64,000 bases of DNA from Lysobacterales bacterium (lineage in GTDB: Bacteria > Pseudomonadota > Gammaproteobacteria > Xanthomonadales > SZUA-5), in contig JALHMH010000003.1 of the NCBI GenBank assembly GCA_022844165.1, forward strand, positions 32,001 to 96,000, written 5' to 3'. Shown in pieces: positions 17,576 through 28,300 of this stretch (position 1 is its first letter; each line of letters starts with the position of its first letter). The notes under the pieces were generated by a model. That model was not told the origin of the DNA, did no database searches, and was given only the letters and a program-made list of their open reading frames with translations. The translations under genes were made by a program, and so were the position numbers.

Positions 17576-20395
17576 ATGCGTCCCATCTGGCCATTGATTG
17601 CGGTGTTTTCTGCGCCCTTGTTGGCATCGGCGCAGTCACTGGAAACCGACCGCGCGATCGCCGAAATGCTGCGCGAAAAAACCTCGCGATCGAGCGCAGA
17701 TCTGGTGCAAACCACTGACCCGGACGGCGGCGTGTCGCTCAATCTGGGGCCCGGGTTCAAACACGTTTATCTGGCGCGGCTGGATCAAAACGGACTGCAG
17801 GCCAGTTGTGTCGCCAGTGTGCCGGAGGCCAACCAGTTTTTTGGCCGCAATCTGGAGACCGGCAAGAAGCTGCCGCGGTATCTGCCGCCGGCGCCGACGG
17901 CCGATGCCCAAGCCGCGCAATTGCACGGTCTGACGCTCGAGCAATATCAGTTTTACTGGAACTTGATCGAGCAGGCCAAGGTCGACAAGGCGGCCAAAGC
18001 CGTGAGCATTTCGATCCAGAACAACGATGGCCCCGGCGAGGGATTCAACGACAACACGCTCGTTTCGCCTGAGGGTGGAAACAACGGCGCAACGCGCGGT
18101 CAGCAGCGACTGAACGTGTTCGACGAGGCCGCGTCGATCTGGGAGGCGTTTTTGGATAGCAACGTGCCGATTGTGGTCGCTGCCACTTTCGATTCCTTTC
18201 CGGGTCAATGTGGTCCGGGTGGCGGGGTGCTTGGTTTTGCTGGCGCCACCACATTGCACCGCGATTTCCCGAACGCCGAGGTGCCTGGTACATGGTATTT
18301 CCAGGCGCTGGCCAACAAAATGCGACGCAGCGATAACAGTGCGGCACAGCCCGATATCGTGTCGGCATTCAATAGTGATATCGACACCGGATGTCTGGGC
18401 GGTGGGTCGCGGTTCTATTACGGGCTGGACAACGCAACGCCGGCCAATCGCATCAATCTGCTGGTCACCGTGCTGCACGAAATCGGCCACGGTGTCGGCT
18501 CAGCGAGCGCAACCGACGAAAGCACCGGCGCATTCCCTGGCAGTCCACCGTTCCCGGATATTTGGGCGCGCTTTCAGTTCGACACAGACGCCAATCAGTT
18601 GTGGGCCGCGATGACGCCCGGCCAGCGTGTCACGTCAGCAATCAACAGCAACGATTTGGTGTGGAACGGCCCGAGCACCCGAATCGCTTCGGGATTCTTG
18701 GTGGCCGGGCGTGAAGCCGATGGCAGCGTTCAGCTGTTCACCCCGAATCCGGTGCAACCCGGATCGTCGGTCTCGCACTGGAATGACGTAGCGTCGCCGA
18801 ATCTGCTGATGGAACCCGCCATCAACCCGGGCCTGCCGCTGACGCTGGATTTAACGCGCCAACAGATGCGCGACATCGGCTGGTTCCGCGATACCAATAC
18901 TGCCGACAGCACACGCGACAGCATCACCGGCGTTACACCAACCAATGGCACCAGTGTGACGCCGGGTAGCAACGTCAACATCAGCTGGACGAATGTCGGT
19001 GGCTTCAATCGCAACGTGACCATCGAGTTGTCCACGGATGCCGGACTGACGTTCCCCACGACCATCGCCAGCAATGTGGCGAACAGCGGATCGCGCAGCT
19101 GGATCGTTCCCAGCAGCCCCACGGCGACGGCACGAATTCGCGTCCGCGAGCACGATTTTGCTGCTCCATCGGGCGTTTCCAGCGAGAATTTCACCATCGG
19201 CACCGCCAACAGTGCGCCGACATTCACGCCGGGCAGCGCCATTACGCGCGTGCAGGGAAGTGCACCTGGCGCAGCGGTCACGATCGGCACGATCACTGAT
19301 CCGGAATCGTCGGTTGGCAGTTTGACCGTGACGGCCGTGTCTGGCGGCACGGCGAGCGGTTTGACGGTGACGAACATCAATAACCCGGGATCGGGCTCGG
19401 TCAGCGCCAATATCGCCGCGTCCTGCACGGCCGGTCCTGGCACACAGCGATTTCGGGTTTCGGATGGATCGTTGAACGACGAGGGCGACTTACAGGTCAA
19501 CATCACGTCGAACCCGCTGCCAACGTTGAGCTATAGCAACCAGACGGTCAACGGTGGTTCACCGCTGAACGTCAATCCCACGATGGGGCCGAGCGACAAC
19601 GGCAGTGTCGCGTCAGTTGCGGTGCAAAGCGTTGGCACCTACACCGGCACGATCAGTGTGAACGCGGCGGGCGTGATTGCGTTGAGCAACACCGCGCCGG
19701 TGGGGGCGCACACCATCACCATCCGCGCAACAGACAACTGCGGCGCCATTCGCAACGCGAGTTTTACGCTCACCGTGAATAACACCGCACCCAATTTCGT
19801 CCCTGCTGGCAGCATCACACGACAGGAAGGCAGCCCGGCTGGCCCAGCGGTGGTGATTGGGGCCGTCAGCGATCCGCAGCAAAGTGCCGGTTCCTTGCTG
19901 GTCAGCGCGGTCGCCGGTGGCACGGCGACCAACATCAATGTCGGTGCGATCGTCAACAATGCAGGTGCCATCAGTGCGCCGCTCGCAGCGGCGTGCGGCG
20001 CCGCTGTTGGTGTCCGCACCCAGCGTTTCCAGGTCTCCGATGGCAACTTGGCGAATACTGGGGACCTTGCCCTGAATGTCCTCGCCAATGAAGCGCCGAT
20101 TCTTTCGGCCTGGCCGAATGCACAGGTTGCGAATGGCGGCAGCGCCAATGTAACCCCCGCAGCCGCCCCAACCGACAATGGCTCGATTGTCTCAGCGACA
20201 GCATCGGCCAACCCAGGTTCGTTTACTGGAACGCTGAACGTCAATCCCAGCAGCGGCGTTGTGGGTGTGGTCAACGCCGGACCCGATGGCGTTTATGTCG
20301 TGACGGTGCAAGTCACCGACAACTGCGGATCGGCCAACACCACCAGTTTCAATCTCACTGTGGGCGACGGCGTGTTCGCCAACGGCTTCGAATAG
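17576..20395 (+). CDS. Secreted zinc metalloprotease with Ig-like repeats and C-terminal GDGVFANGFE motif
   Basis: Signal peptide, propeptide-like region, LHEIGHGVG, GSSVSHW...LLMEP, duplicated beta-sandwich pairs. Confidence 0.85.
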   Translation: MRPIWPLIAVFSAPLLASAQSLETDRAIAEMLREKTSRSSADLVQTTDPDGGVSLNLGPGFKHVYLARLDQNGLQASCVASVPEANQFFGRNLETGKKLPRYLPPAPTADAQAAQLHGLTLEQYQFYWNLIEQAKVDKAAKAVSISIQNNDGPGEGFNDNTLVSPEGGNNGATRGQQRLNVFDEAASIWEAFLDSNVPIVVAATFDSFPGQCGPGGGVLGFAGATTLHRDFPNAEVPGTWYFQALANKMRRSDNSAAQPDIVSAFNSDIDTGCLGGGSRFYYGLDNATPANRINLLVTVLHEIGHGVGSASATDESTGAFPGSPPFPDIWARFQFDTDANQLWAAMTPGQRVTSAINSNDLVWNGPSTRIASGFLVAGREADGSVQLFTPNPVQPGSSVSHWNDVASPNLLMEPAINPGLPLTLDLTRQQMRDIGWFRDTNTADSTRDSITGVTPTNGTSVTPGSNVNISWTNVGGFNRNVTIELSTDAGLTFPTTIASNVANSGSRSWIVPSSPTATARIRVREHDFAAPSGVSSENFTIGTANSAPTFTPGSAITRVQGSAPGAAVTIGTITDPESSVGSLTVTAVSGGTASGLTVTNINNPGSGSVSANIAASCTAGPGTQRFRVSDGSLNDEGDLQVNITSNPLPTLSYSNQTVNGGSPLNVNPTMGPSDNGSVASVAVQSVGTYTGTISVNAAGVIALSNTAPVGAHTITIRATDNCGAIRNASFTLTVNNTAPNFVPAGSITRQEGSPAGPAVVIGAVSDPQQSAGSLLVSAVAGGTATNINVGAIVNNAGAISAPLAAACGAAVGVRTQRFQVSDGNLANTGDLALNVLANEAPILSAWPNAQVANGGSANVTPAAAPTDNGSIVSATASANPGSFTGTLNVNPSSGVVGVVNAGPDGVYVVTVQVTDNCGSANTTSFNLTVGDGVFANGFE
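19205..20360 (+). repeat. Internal tandem duplication of a two-domain unit in the metalloprotease (boundaries approximate)
   Basis: APTFTPGSAITRVQGS..QRFRVSDG..PSDNGSV..TDNCG repeats as APNFVPAGSITRQEGS..QRFQVSDG..PTDNGSI..TDNCG. Confidence 0.75.
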
Positions 20396-20406
20396 GGTCA
20401 CTGAAC

Positions 20407-20997
20407 ATGCAAACTCGGATTGTCGTGCTGCTGTTGGCGGCCCATGCTGGGAACGCGGCCTCGAACGATGGTTGGCGCGGAATCGCGCACGATGATCACG
20501 AGCCGATGATCGATTTCGCCGTGCCTCGGGCGAAAGCACTGCTGGATCGCCTCGCGCCGGACGCGTACGGCCTTGAGGAGGTGCCGAGTGTGCGGGCCAT
20601 ACTGGATGCGCCGAGCGATCAAAAAGGGCATCAAGCTATCCTCGGTCAATGGCGCTGCGCATCCACGCAAATCGATCCCAATGGTGTGTTCGCCTACCCG
20701 CCATTCAAGTGCGAGATCGCGTTCACCGAGGACGGGACACTGACGTTTCGCAAGACCAGCGGCTCGCAGCGGCGCAATGGGCAACTTTGGCCGGCGGATG
20801 GTGGCTTGGTCCTGCTGGGCGGTTCCTCGGTCAACGACGATCCGTATCGAAGCTACAGCGCTACCTACGAATACGCCGATGGCGAAGATGCGGAAGTCGA
20901 TACCGTGGGACTGCTGCAAACGCTCCGCGACGGTCGCATGCGCATGATCCTCGATGCCGACGAAGAACGTGTAGAGCTGTACACGTTGACCCGCTGA
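20407..20997 (+). CDS. DUF4893-like secreted protein
   Basis: GQWRC...YPPFKCEI...KTSGSQRRNGQL...LLG pattern; signal peptide. Confidence 0.7.
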   Translation: MQTRIVVLLLAAHAGNAASNDGWRGIAHDDHEPMIDFAVPRAKALLDRLAPDAYGLEEVPSVRAILDAPSDQKGHQAILGQWRCASTQIDPNGVFAYPPFKCEIAFTEDGTLTFRKTSGSQRRNGQLWPADGGLVLLGGSSVNDDPYRSYSATYEYADGEDAEVDTVGLLQTLRDGRMRMILDADEERVELYTLTR

Positions 20998-21077
20998 CGC
21001 ATCTGTCGATCGCCGTTACGCACTGGTGAACCGCCGCCGCTTTCGATGGCAGGCCTTGGCCGCGAGACATCAAAAAC

Positions 21078-21105
21078 GGAACTTGCGCACGGAATCACCG
21101 TCTGA
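21078..21105 (+). promoter_or_regulatory. ECF sigmaE (RpoE/AlgU)-type promoter
   Basis: GGAACTT-N16-TCTGA, ~28 bp upstream of the 21133 ORF. Confidence 0.7.
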
Positions 21106-21132
21106 TGGTGCGTTGTCATCAGAGCACTTCCG

Positions 21133-22110
21133 ATGTGGCGTCTTCCCCGAATGCTGTTTCGCCAATCTGAATCGCCAGTTTTACTGCTCGCTGGAAATCG
21201 TCTGGAGGCCTGGCGGCTTGTGCCGGTGTTACGCGCACTGCGCGCGGCGGAAGGTGGCGGCGCGCTGCTGGTCGATGCGGGCTGTGGCGATGAAGTGAGC
21301 GCCGCGCTGCGCGAGTTGGGCATGTCGGCCGACATCAAGCTGCCTGCATGTCGCGCGCTCACACTTGCGTTGTACCGACTCGGCGCGAAGATTTCACCAG
21401 CCATGTTCGTTGCCGGCGGTGCATCGAAGAGCGCCATCGCAGCCGGTTTGGCGGCGCGCAGTCTCGGAGTTCAAAGCGCGTTATTGGGTTCACCGATCGA
21501 TCAGAGCTCACCCTGGAGATGGCGCACCCTCGGCGCGTTGTTTACGTGGTCTTTTGCTGGCGCAGAGGCACCGAAGATTGGCCGGCGCACGCTTCAAGTT
21601 GGCGATCCATTCTTCGACTTGTGCCGGGAACAGGCAGCGGCGACCGATGGCGCGCAACAGGCGCAGCGCGTCTTTTGGCACGAGCGTTCCCTCGCCAATG
21701 CGGCGGTTGCGATGCGCGAGTATCTGTCGCAACACAGCGCTTGCATTGACTGGATGGGTGCATGCGGAGCGTCGCTGGATGGCGTTCGTCAATACGGCGC
21801 CATACCGCACTGGCGGCGTCTGGCTTTGTTGCGTCGCGCCCAGGTGGTCGTCACCGACGATACCCTCACCGCGTTTGAGGCGCGCTTTATGGCGCGTCCC
21901 GTGCTCTGGATCGGACCATCGCCACCGCGCGGCTGCGTCGCTGCGGGCGACGATCTGCCGCGTGCGCTCTGGCAAGCGCAGACCGGCGCAATCGCTGCAC
22001 GACCGCTGATCGAAGATGGCCGCGCAGCCACGCGTATCGCTGCACATGTATGCGAACGAATCGACAACCTGGCGCTCGCAGGTTTGCTCAGCAGAGCCGC
22101 TTCGTCCTGA
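21133..22110 (+). CDS. Divergent UDP-GlcNAc 2-epimerase/GT-B-fold-like protein
   Basis: AGNRLEAWRLVPV, VGDPFFD, LLRRAQVVVTDD, EDGRAATRIA resemble degenerate WecB motifs. Confidence 0.5.
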   Translation: MWRLPRMLFRQSESPVLLLAGNRLEAWRLVPVLRALRAAEGGGALLVDAGCGDEVSAALRELGMSADIKLPACRALTLALYRLGAKISPAMFVAGGASKSAIAAGLAARSLGVQSALLGSPIDQSSPWRWRTLGALFTWSFAGAEAPKIGRRTLQVGDPFFDLCREQAAATDGAQQAQRVFWHERSLANAAVAMREYLSQHSACIDWMGACGASLDGVRQYGAIPHWRRLALLRRAQVVVTDDTLTAFEARFMARPVLWIGPSPPRGCVAAGDDLPRALWQAQTGAIAARPLIEDGRAATRIAAHVCERIDNLALAGLLSRAASS

Positions 22111-22321
22111 CCTCGATCACGAACCGCCGGTGCGTCCTCACTGTGATCCCCGACCTGGCGCGCAGCGGTCAAACCATTCTCGTCCGATCGCCGATTCTTG
22201 AAATCGACCAGGGCGCCATAGCGTTTCGCGGCGGCGCAACAAATGACCCTGGCCTCCGTGCCGACACACAGAGGACTTCGGGTCTGCTTCCGAGGCCCGC
22301 GAGCGCGCCTCGGGGGCTTTG

Positions 22322-23530
22322 TCAATCCGCCTGGCGACGCAAAAACGCCGGAATATCGAGATAGTCGATATCGGGGTTGCTGGGCTCCGTTACCGTGGCG
22401 GTCGGCGCGCCGAAACGGCGAACCGCCGGCTGCGGCTGCGCGGCAGGACGCTGCGTGGGCTGATGCGGCGGCGCCGGCAGTTCGCCATCGGGGCGCACGA
22501 CCCGGAAGCTGTTGCGCTGCCCCTGCGCTTGATGCACCGCCGGATTGAAGGTGTCGACCGGCTGCCGCGCGGTTTGCCGATTCAACCCGGTGGCCACCAC
22601 TGTGACGCGGATCTCGTCTTCCAGGTCCATATCGAGCACGGTGCCGATCTTGATGTTGGCGTCTTCAGCAGCGAACTCCGCCACCGTTTGACCGACATCG
22701 TTGTACTCGCGCATCGACAGATTGGGTCCTGCCGTGATGTTCACCAGAATGCCGCAGGCGCCCTTCAGGTTGATATCTTCCAGCAGCGGATTGCCGATGG
22801 CGGCTTCTGTGGCTGCGACGGCCCGATCATCGCCTTTGGCGCGGCCTGAACCCATCATGGCGAGGCCCATTTCGCTCATCACGGTGCGCACGTCGGCAAA
22901 ATCGACGTTAATCAGACCAGGACGTGTAATCAAGTCGGCGATGCCTTGCACGGCGCCGAGCAACACATCGTTAGCTTCCTTGAATGCATTCAGCAGCGAG
23001 ACCTCGCGGCCCAGCACCGACAGCAGCTTTTCATTCGGGATGGTGATCAGCGAATCGACATGTTGTGCGAGCTCGTCGATGCCCTTCATCGCCACTGCCA
23101 TGCGCCGCTTGCCTTCAAACGGAAAGGGCTTGGTGACCACGGCGACGGTCAAAATATCGAGATCCTTGGCGATCTGCGCGATCACCGGTGCGGCGCCTGT
23201 GCCTGTACCGCCGCCCATGCCGGCGGTAATAAACACCATATCCGAGCCGCGCAACGCTTCGCTGATGCGCTCGCGATCTTCGATGGCGGCCTGCCGGCCG
23301 ATTTCCGGATTCGCGCCGGCGCCGAGTCCCTTGGTGACGTTGCTGCCCAGATGCAACAAGGTAATCCCCTCAGCGCGCTTGAGCGCCTGGGCGTCGGTGT
23401 TGGCGACGATGAACTCAACGCCCTCGATACTGCCGCCGAGCATGTGAGTGACTGCATTGCCACCGCCGCCGCCGACGCCGATGACTTTAATGACCGCATT
23501 CGGTGTTGCACTTTCCATCAAGTGGAACAT
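22322..23530 (-). CDS. ftsZ: Cell division protein FtsZ
   Basis: VIGVGGGGGNAV, GGGTGTG, DIPAFLRRQAD. Confidence 0.98.
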   Translation of the reverse strand: MFHLMESATPNAVIKVIGVGGGGGNAVTHMLGGSIEGVEFIVANTDAQALKRAEGITLLHLGSNVTKGLGAGANPEIGRQAAIEDRERISEALRGSDMVFITAGMGGGTGTGAAPVIAQIAKDLDILTVAVVTKPFPFEGKRRMAVAMKGIDELAQHVDSLITIPNEKLLSVLGREVSLLNAFKEANDVLLGAVQGIADLITRPGLINVDFADVRTVMSEMGLAMMGSGRAKGDDRAVAATEAAIGNPLLEDINLKGACGILVNITAGPNLSMREYNDVGQTVAEFAAEDANIKIGTVLDMDLEDEIRVTVVATGLNRQTARQPVDTFNPAVHQAQGQRNSFRVVRPDGELPAPPHQPTQRPAAQPQPAVRRFGAPTATVTEPSNPDIDYLDIPAFLRRQAD

Positions 23531-23605
23531 GGTCTGACCCTCGCAATGAAGTACCGCTGTTGTTGTTTCGGCTCTGCGCTTCCTGCGTCTGGCCGATTGT
23601 CTTTT

Positions 23606-23707
23606 GGGGCACGGGCCACGCGACGCGGGGCACGGGAGTTGCGCAGCGCCGAATGCTCTTCGGCTTCTCCCGTGCCCCGTGCCCCGTGTCGCGTGTCCCG
23701 TGTCCCG
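23606..23707. repeat. Inverted heptamer (GGGGCAC)n/(GTGCCCC)n repeat, ftsA-ftsZ spacer
   Basis: Left arm GGGGCAC GGGCCAC GCGACGC GGGGCAC; right arm GTGCCCC GTGCCCC GTGTCGC GTGTCCC GTGTCCC. Confidence 0.85.
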
Positions 23708-23711
23708 TCCA

Positions 23712-24950
23712 TCAAAACTCCCCACCCACCCACTTCTTGACCTTTTCCCAGGCACTCAGCACGCCCGCTGTCGGCCCACTGCGCACTGGCGTGCGCGGCC
23801 GTTCGACTTGCGTGCCGTAAACCAACAAACCGACGCCCGCTGCATGTATCGGGTTACCCACGACATCGACCAGACCGGTGACATGTTGCGGTATCCCCAA
23901 TCGCACAGGCATATGAAAAATTTCTTCCGCGAGTTCCACTGCGCCTTCCATCCGGGCTGCGCCGCCGGTGAGCACCACGCCCGCGGCGATCAAGTCCTCG
24001 AAGCCGCTGCGACGCAGCTCGGCCTGCGCCAGGGTGAAGAGCTCCTCGTATCGCGGCTGCACCACCTCGGCGAGCGTTTGTCGCGCCAGGCGACGTGGCG
24101 CACGCTCGCCGACGCTGGGCACTGAGATGCTCTCTTCCGCAGTCGCAAGCTGTGCCAGCGCACATGCGTATTTGAGCTTGATCTCTTCGGCATGTTGCGT
24201 GGGGGTGCGAAGTGCAACGGCGATGTCGTTGGTGACCTGATCGCCAGCGATCGGCAACACCGCAGTGTGGCGGATCGCGCCTTGCGCAAAAATCACGATG
24301 TCGGTGGTACCGGCGCCGATGTCGATCAACGCCACGCCCAGTTCGCGCTCGTCGTCGGTCAACACGGCATGGCTGGCCGCCAGCGGCTGCAAGATCAAAT
24401 CGTCGACCGACAGCCCGCAGCGCGCAATGCACTTGGTGATGTTCTGCGCAGCGCTCGCCGCTGCAGTCACCAGGTGCGCGCGTACCTCCAGGCGGATGCC
24501 GCTCATACCGATGGGATGACGTATGCCGTCCTGTTCGTCAATCACATACTCCTGGCTGAGCACGTGGAGAATTTTCTGATCGGCCGGTATCGGCATTGCG
24601 CGTGCCGCGTCCAGCGCGCGGTCGACGTCGAAGTCGGTGACCTCTTTGTCGCGGATCGCGACGATGCCGTGCGAATTCAGGCTCTTGATGTGGCTACCGC
24701 TGATGCCGGCGTAAACCGAGCGAATCTCGCAGCCGCTCATGGCCTCGGCTTCCTCCACCGCACGCTGGATCGACTGCACGGTCGATTCGATATCGACCAC
24801 GACGCCGCGCTTGATGCCACGCGAGGCGTGGCTGCCCAGACCGATGATATCGACCGCTTCGCCAGGCGCGTACTCGCCGACCATCGCCACCACTTTGCTG
24901 GTGCCGATATCGAGGCCAACGATCAGCGATTTGTCACTCTTTCGGGTCAT
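23712..24950 (-). CDS. ftsA: Cell division protein FtsA
   Basis: GLDIGTSKV, IDIGAGTTD, VLTGGAA. Confidence 0.98.
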   Translation of the reverse strand: MTRKSDKSLIVGLDIGTSKVVAMVGEYAPGEAVDIIGLGSHASRGIKRGVVVDIESTVQSIQRAVEEAEAMSGCEIRSVYAGISGSHIKSLNSHGIVAIRDKEVTDFDVDRALDAARAMPIPADQKILHVLSQEYVIDEQDGIRHPIGMSGIRLEVRAHLVTAAASAAQNITKCIARCGLSVDDLILQPLAASHAVLTDDERELGVALIDIGAGTTDIVIFAQGAIRHTAVLPIAGDQVTNDIAVALRTPTQHAEEIKLKYACALAQLATAEESISVPSVGERAPRRLARQTLAEVVQPRYEELFTLAQAELRRSGFEDLIAAGVVLTGGAARMEGAVELAEEIFHMPVRLGIPQHVTGLVDVVGNPIHAAGVGLLVYGTQVERPRTPVRSGPTAGVLSAWEKVKKWVGGEF

Positions 24951-25687
24951 GGATTTGCAGTACTCAAGACGGGAATCGCCGGCACAGCCGGGTCGGCATA
25001 ACGCACGGCGAAGCCATGGGTGTAACGCAGATCGGCGCGAGTGATCGGGCGCGGATCGGATTGTTGCAACGCATCCAGGCTGGCCACGAAACGCGCGTAG
25101 CGGGCGAACTGTTCGCGGCTGCCCAGACGCACCAGTACGCCGGTGTTCAACCGCAGTTCAATGGCGCCGCGTGCGCTCATCGTCAGGCTTTCGATTGGGT
25201 TGTCGTCGGTTGCCGAGAGCGCGCGTTGATAGAACGCGACCAAGGCCGGCATTTGTTCGGGACGTGCATCGAATCGCGGCAGGCCCGTCAGTTCGCCGCT
25301 GCCACGCGCCGGAAACAGTGCGCCGGCAACATCGACGAGTGCATCGTTGCCGCTCCGTCCAAGCACCTTACGCTCGGTAGCGCGCACGCTCAGCACATTC
25401 GGCCAGTGTTTGCGCACTTCGGCCGATTCGACCCAGGGCAGCATCAGCACGCGCGACCGGGCGTCTTCCAGGTCGACGAACAAGAAACCGCGCGCGGCCG
25501 CCGGTGCGATGGCATCACGAATCTGCGCATCGCTGACGCGTTGGAACGGCGCCGTAACATCGATAAAACTGATCGGCAAGAAGCCAACGCCGCCGGTTCT
25601 CGCGAAGTACGCGCCGATCAGCAGCAAACCGATTGCGAACACTGCCAGGAGCGTCAGCGCTTGCGCCAGGAAGGGCCGGGTGGTCAT
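24947..25687 (-). CDS. ftsQ: Cell division protein FtsQ
   Basis: TM, POTRA ([14 protein letters not shown]), [10 protein letters not shown]; position in dcw. Confidence 0.92.
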   Translation of the reverse strand: MTTRPFLAQALTLLAVFAIGLLLIGAYFARTGGVGFLPISFIDVTAPFQRVSDAQIRDAIAPAAARGFLFVDLEDARSRVLMLPWVESAEVRKHWPNVLSVRATERKVLGRSGNDALVDVAGALFPARGSGELTGLPRFDARPEQMPALVAFYQRALSATDDNPIESLTMSARGAIELRLNTGVLVRLGSREQFARYARFVASLDALQQSDPRPITRADLRYTHGFAVRYADPAVPAIPVLSTANP

Positions 25688-26598
25688 CGCCGGTCCTCCA
25701 GGCTGGTGCGCAAAATGCGTACACACAGCTCGTCGAATTCGATACCCGCCTGGCGTGCGGCTTTTGGCACGAGACTGTGACTCGTCATGCCTGGTGTAGT
25801 GTTGACCTCGAGCAAGAAGCACGTGCCGTGAGCGTCTTGCATGACGTCGATTCGACCCCAGCCGAATGCGCCGACGGCATCGAACGCGCGCTCGCAGAGG
25901 CGTTGCAAGTCCGACTCCTGAGCGCCGCTCAAACCCGGGCAGAAGTACTGGGTGTCGTCGGAGATGTATTTCGCGTGGTAGTCGTAGTACTCGCCCGGTG
26001 GCACGATGCGGATACTCGGTAGCGCTTGTCCATCGAGGATGCCGACCGTCAATTCGGGCCCTGCGATCAGCTGTTCGACCAGCAGCTCGCCATCGTAGCG
26101 CGCCGCCAGAGCGACGGCCGCCTGGATGTCGTTCGCCTGGAAAACGCGGGTCACACCGACGCTCGAACCCTCGCGCGAGGGTTTGACGATGGCCGGTAAC
26201 CCCACCGCTGCCAGCGCCGCCTCGACATCGTCGCCGGGATGCAAAACGGCAAAGTCAGGTGTCGGAATGCCGAGCGACTGCCAGATGCGTTTGGTTCGCA
26301 CCTTGTCCATCGTCAAGGCCGATCCCAGAACTCGCGAGCCGGTGTACGGTACGCCGAGAGATTCGAGAGCGCCTTGCAGCATCCCATCCTCGCCGCCGCG
26401 GCCGTGCAGGATGTTGAAGACGCGATCGACGGCGCCGGCGCGAACCGCATCGAGCAACGCCGGAATGCCGTCGATGGCCACCGCATCGATCCCGCGACGC
26501 TGCAACGCCGCCAGCACATTGGCACCGCTGTTGAGCGACACCTCGCGCTCCGATGAAGTGCCGCCGAGGACAACGGCGACGCGGCCAAAGGTGGTCAT
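25684..26598 (-). CDS. ddl: D-alanine-D-alanine ligase
   Basis: [35 protein letters not shown]. Confidence 0.97.
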   Translation of the reverse strand: MTTFGRVAVVLGGTSSEREVSLNSGANVLAALQRRGIDAVAIDGIPALLDAVRAGAVDRVFNILHGRGGEDGMLQGALESLGVPYTGSRVLGSALTMDKVRTKRIWQSLGIPTPDFAVLHPGDDVEAALAAVGLPAIVKPSREGSSVGVTRVFQANDIQAAVALAARYDGELLVEQLIAGPELTVGILDGQALPSIRIVPPGEYYDYHAKYISDDTQYFCPGLSGAQESDLQRLCERAFDAVGAFGWGRIDVMQDAHGTCFLLEVNTTPGMTSHSLVPKAARQAGIEFDELCVRILRTSLEDRR

Positions 26599-26608
26599 CC
26601 TCGGCCTC

Positions 26609-26852
26609 CGGGGGCGGGGGGCGGGGCACGGGGCACGGGGCATGGGGCGCCTGCGCAGGTGAAGCGGGGCACGGGGCGCGGGGCACGGGGCACGGGAGCG
26701 CCCCAATGCTGGGGCATCGATCGGCCGAAAATGCGTCTTCTCGCGCCTGCCGACCACCCGCTTTTCCCGTGCCCCGTGCCCCGCGCCCGGTGCCCCGTGC
26801 CCCGCTTCACCTGCGCAGGCGCCCGTGCCCCGTGCCCCGCGCCCCGCTTCAC
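26609..26852. repeat. Long inverted heptamer repeat (~80-bp arms), murC-ddl spacer
   Basis: (GGGGCAC)n-CGCCTGCGCAGGTGAAGC-(GGGGCAC)n followed by its near-exact reverse complement. Confidence 0.9.
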
Positions 26853-26863
26853 TTGCGGCCCAC

Positions 26864-28300
26864 TCATCGCGCCCCTCCGACCAAGCCGTTCGCTTCCAGC
26901 TCATTCGCTGCCGCACCGATGTCTCCCGCGCCCTGCAACAGCAGCAGATCGCCGTCGCGCAAAAGATCGGGCAGCACCGAGCGCAGTTCGCGCGGGTGTG
27001 CAATGAATACCGGGTCGACACGACCGCGTGCACGGACTGCGCGCGCCAGGGCGCGACCATCCGCGCCGGCGATGGGCGTCTCTCCCGCGGCGTACACGTC
27101 GGTCAGCACCAGCACGTCGACCTGGCTCAATACATCCGCGAAGTCGTCGAACAAATCCCGGGTGCGCGTGTAACGATGCGGTTGAAAGGCGAGCACCAGG
27201 CGACGCTCTGGCCAGCCGCCGCGTGCCGCCTCGATGACCGCCCGCACTTCGCGCGGATGATGGCCATAGTCGTCGACGAACATCGCCTCGCCGGTCTGCA
27301 ATGTCACTGGCGGGTGTAAGTGGAAACGTCGTCCGACACCGCCGAAGCGCTCCAAACCCTGCACGATGGCATCGGCCGACACGCCGATTTCGACTGCGAT
27401 TGCCGCCGCCGCGCAGGCGTTTTGAACGTTGTGCCTGCCAGGAAGCCTGAGGCACACCGTGCGCGGCGTTTCTTCCGGCAGATGCAGCGTAAAGTGCATT
27501 TCGCCGCCGCGCTGTATCACGTCGCTGGCGCGTACATCGGCGTCCGCGGCGAAGCCGTAAGTGCGCACGGCACGCGGCGAGCGTTCGCCCAACGATCTGG
27601 TCTCCGCGTCGTCGGCGCAGAGCACCGCGAGGCCATAAAAGGGCAGGCGATGAATGAATTGATCGAACGCGTGCTTCAACGTCTGGAAGCTGTTGCCGAA
27701 GTTCTCCAGGTGATCGGCATCGATGTTGGTCACCACGGCCATCAGCGGCTGCAGCAACAAGAACGAACCATCGCTTTCGTCGGCTTCTGCTACCAGATAC
27801 TCGCCGGCACCCAGGCGCGCGTGCGTGCCGGCGCTATTGAGCAATCCGCCGATGACAAACGTTGGGTCCAGGCCATCGGCCGCCAGTACGCTTGCGATGA
27901 GGCTGGTCGTGGTTGTCTTGCCATGCGTGCCGGCCACCGCGATGCCGCGGCGAAACCGCATCAACTCGCCGAGCATTTCGGCGCGCGGCACGATTGGCAA
28001 ACGCCGTTCGCGCGCCGCAGTGAGTTCGGGATTGTCGGCGGCGATTGCGCTTGAGACCACCAACACGTCTACGTCATCGACATGGCTTGCGGCGTGACCG
28101 AGGAAAACGCGCGCGCCCAGTTGTGCGAGGCGGCGCGTGGTTTTGTTGTCGGCCTGATCAGAGCCGGAGATTGTGTATCCCAGATTGAGCATCACTTCGG
28201 CAATGCCGCTCATGCCGGCGCCGCCGATACCAATGAAGTGCACACGGCGGAACGCGCGCATCGAATCTTGTCCAGGACGAAATCGGGCGGCGAGGCTCAT
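26864..28300 (-). CDS. murC: UDP-N-acetylmuramate--L-alanine ligase
   Basis: [35 protein letters not shown]. Confidence 0.98.
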   Translation of the reverse strand: MSLAARFRPGQDSMRAFRRVHFIGIGGAGMSGIAEVMLNLGYTISGSDQADNKTTRRLAQLGARVFLGHAASHVDDVDVLVVSSAIAADNPELTAARERRLPIVPRAEMLGELMRFRRGIAVAGTHGKTTTTSLIASVLAADGLDPTFVIGGLLNSAGTHARLGAGEYLVAEADESDGSFLLLQPLMAVVTNIDADHLENFGNSFQTLKHAFDQFIHRLPFYGLAVLCADDAETRSLGERSPRAVRTYGFAADADVRASDVIQRGGEMHFTLHLPEETPRTVCLRLPGRHNVQNACAAAAIAVEIGVSADAIVQGLERFGGVGRRFHLHPPVTLQTGEAMFVDDYGHHPREVRAVIEAARGGWPERRLVLAFQPHRYTRTRDLFDDFADVLSQVDVLVLTDVYAAGETPIAGADGRALARAVRARGRVDPVFIAHPRELRSVLPDLLRDGDLLLLQGAGDIGAAANELEANGLVGGAR

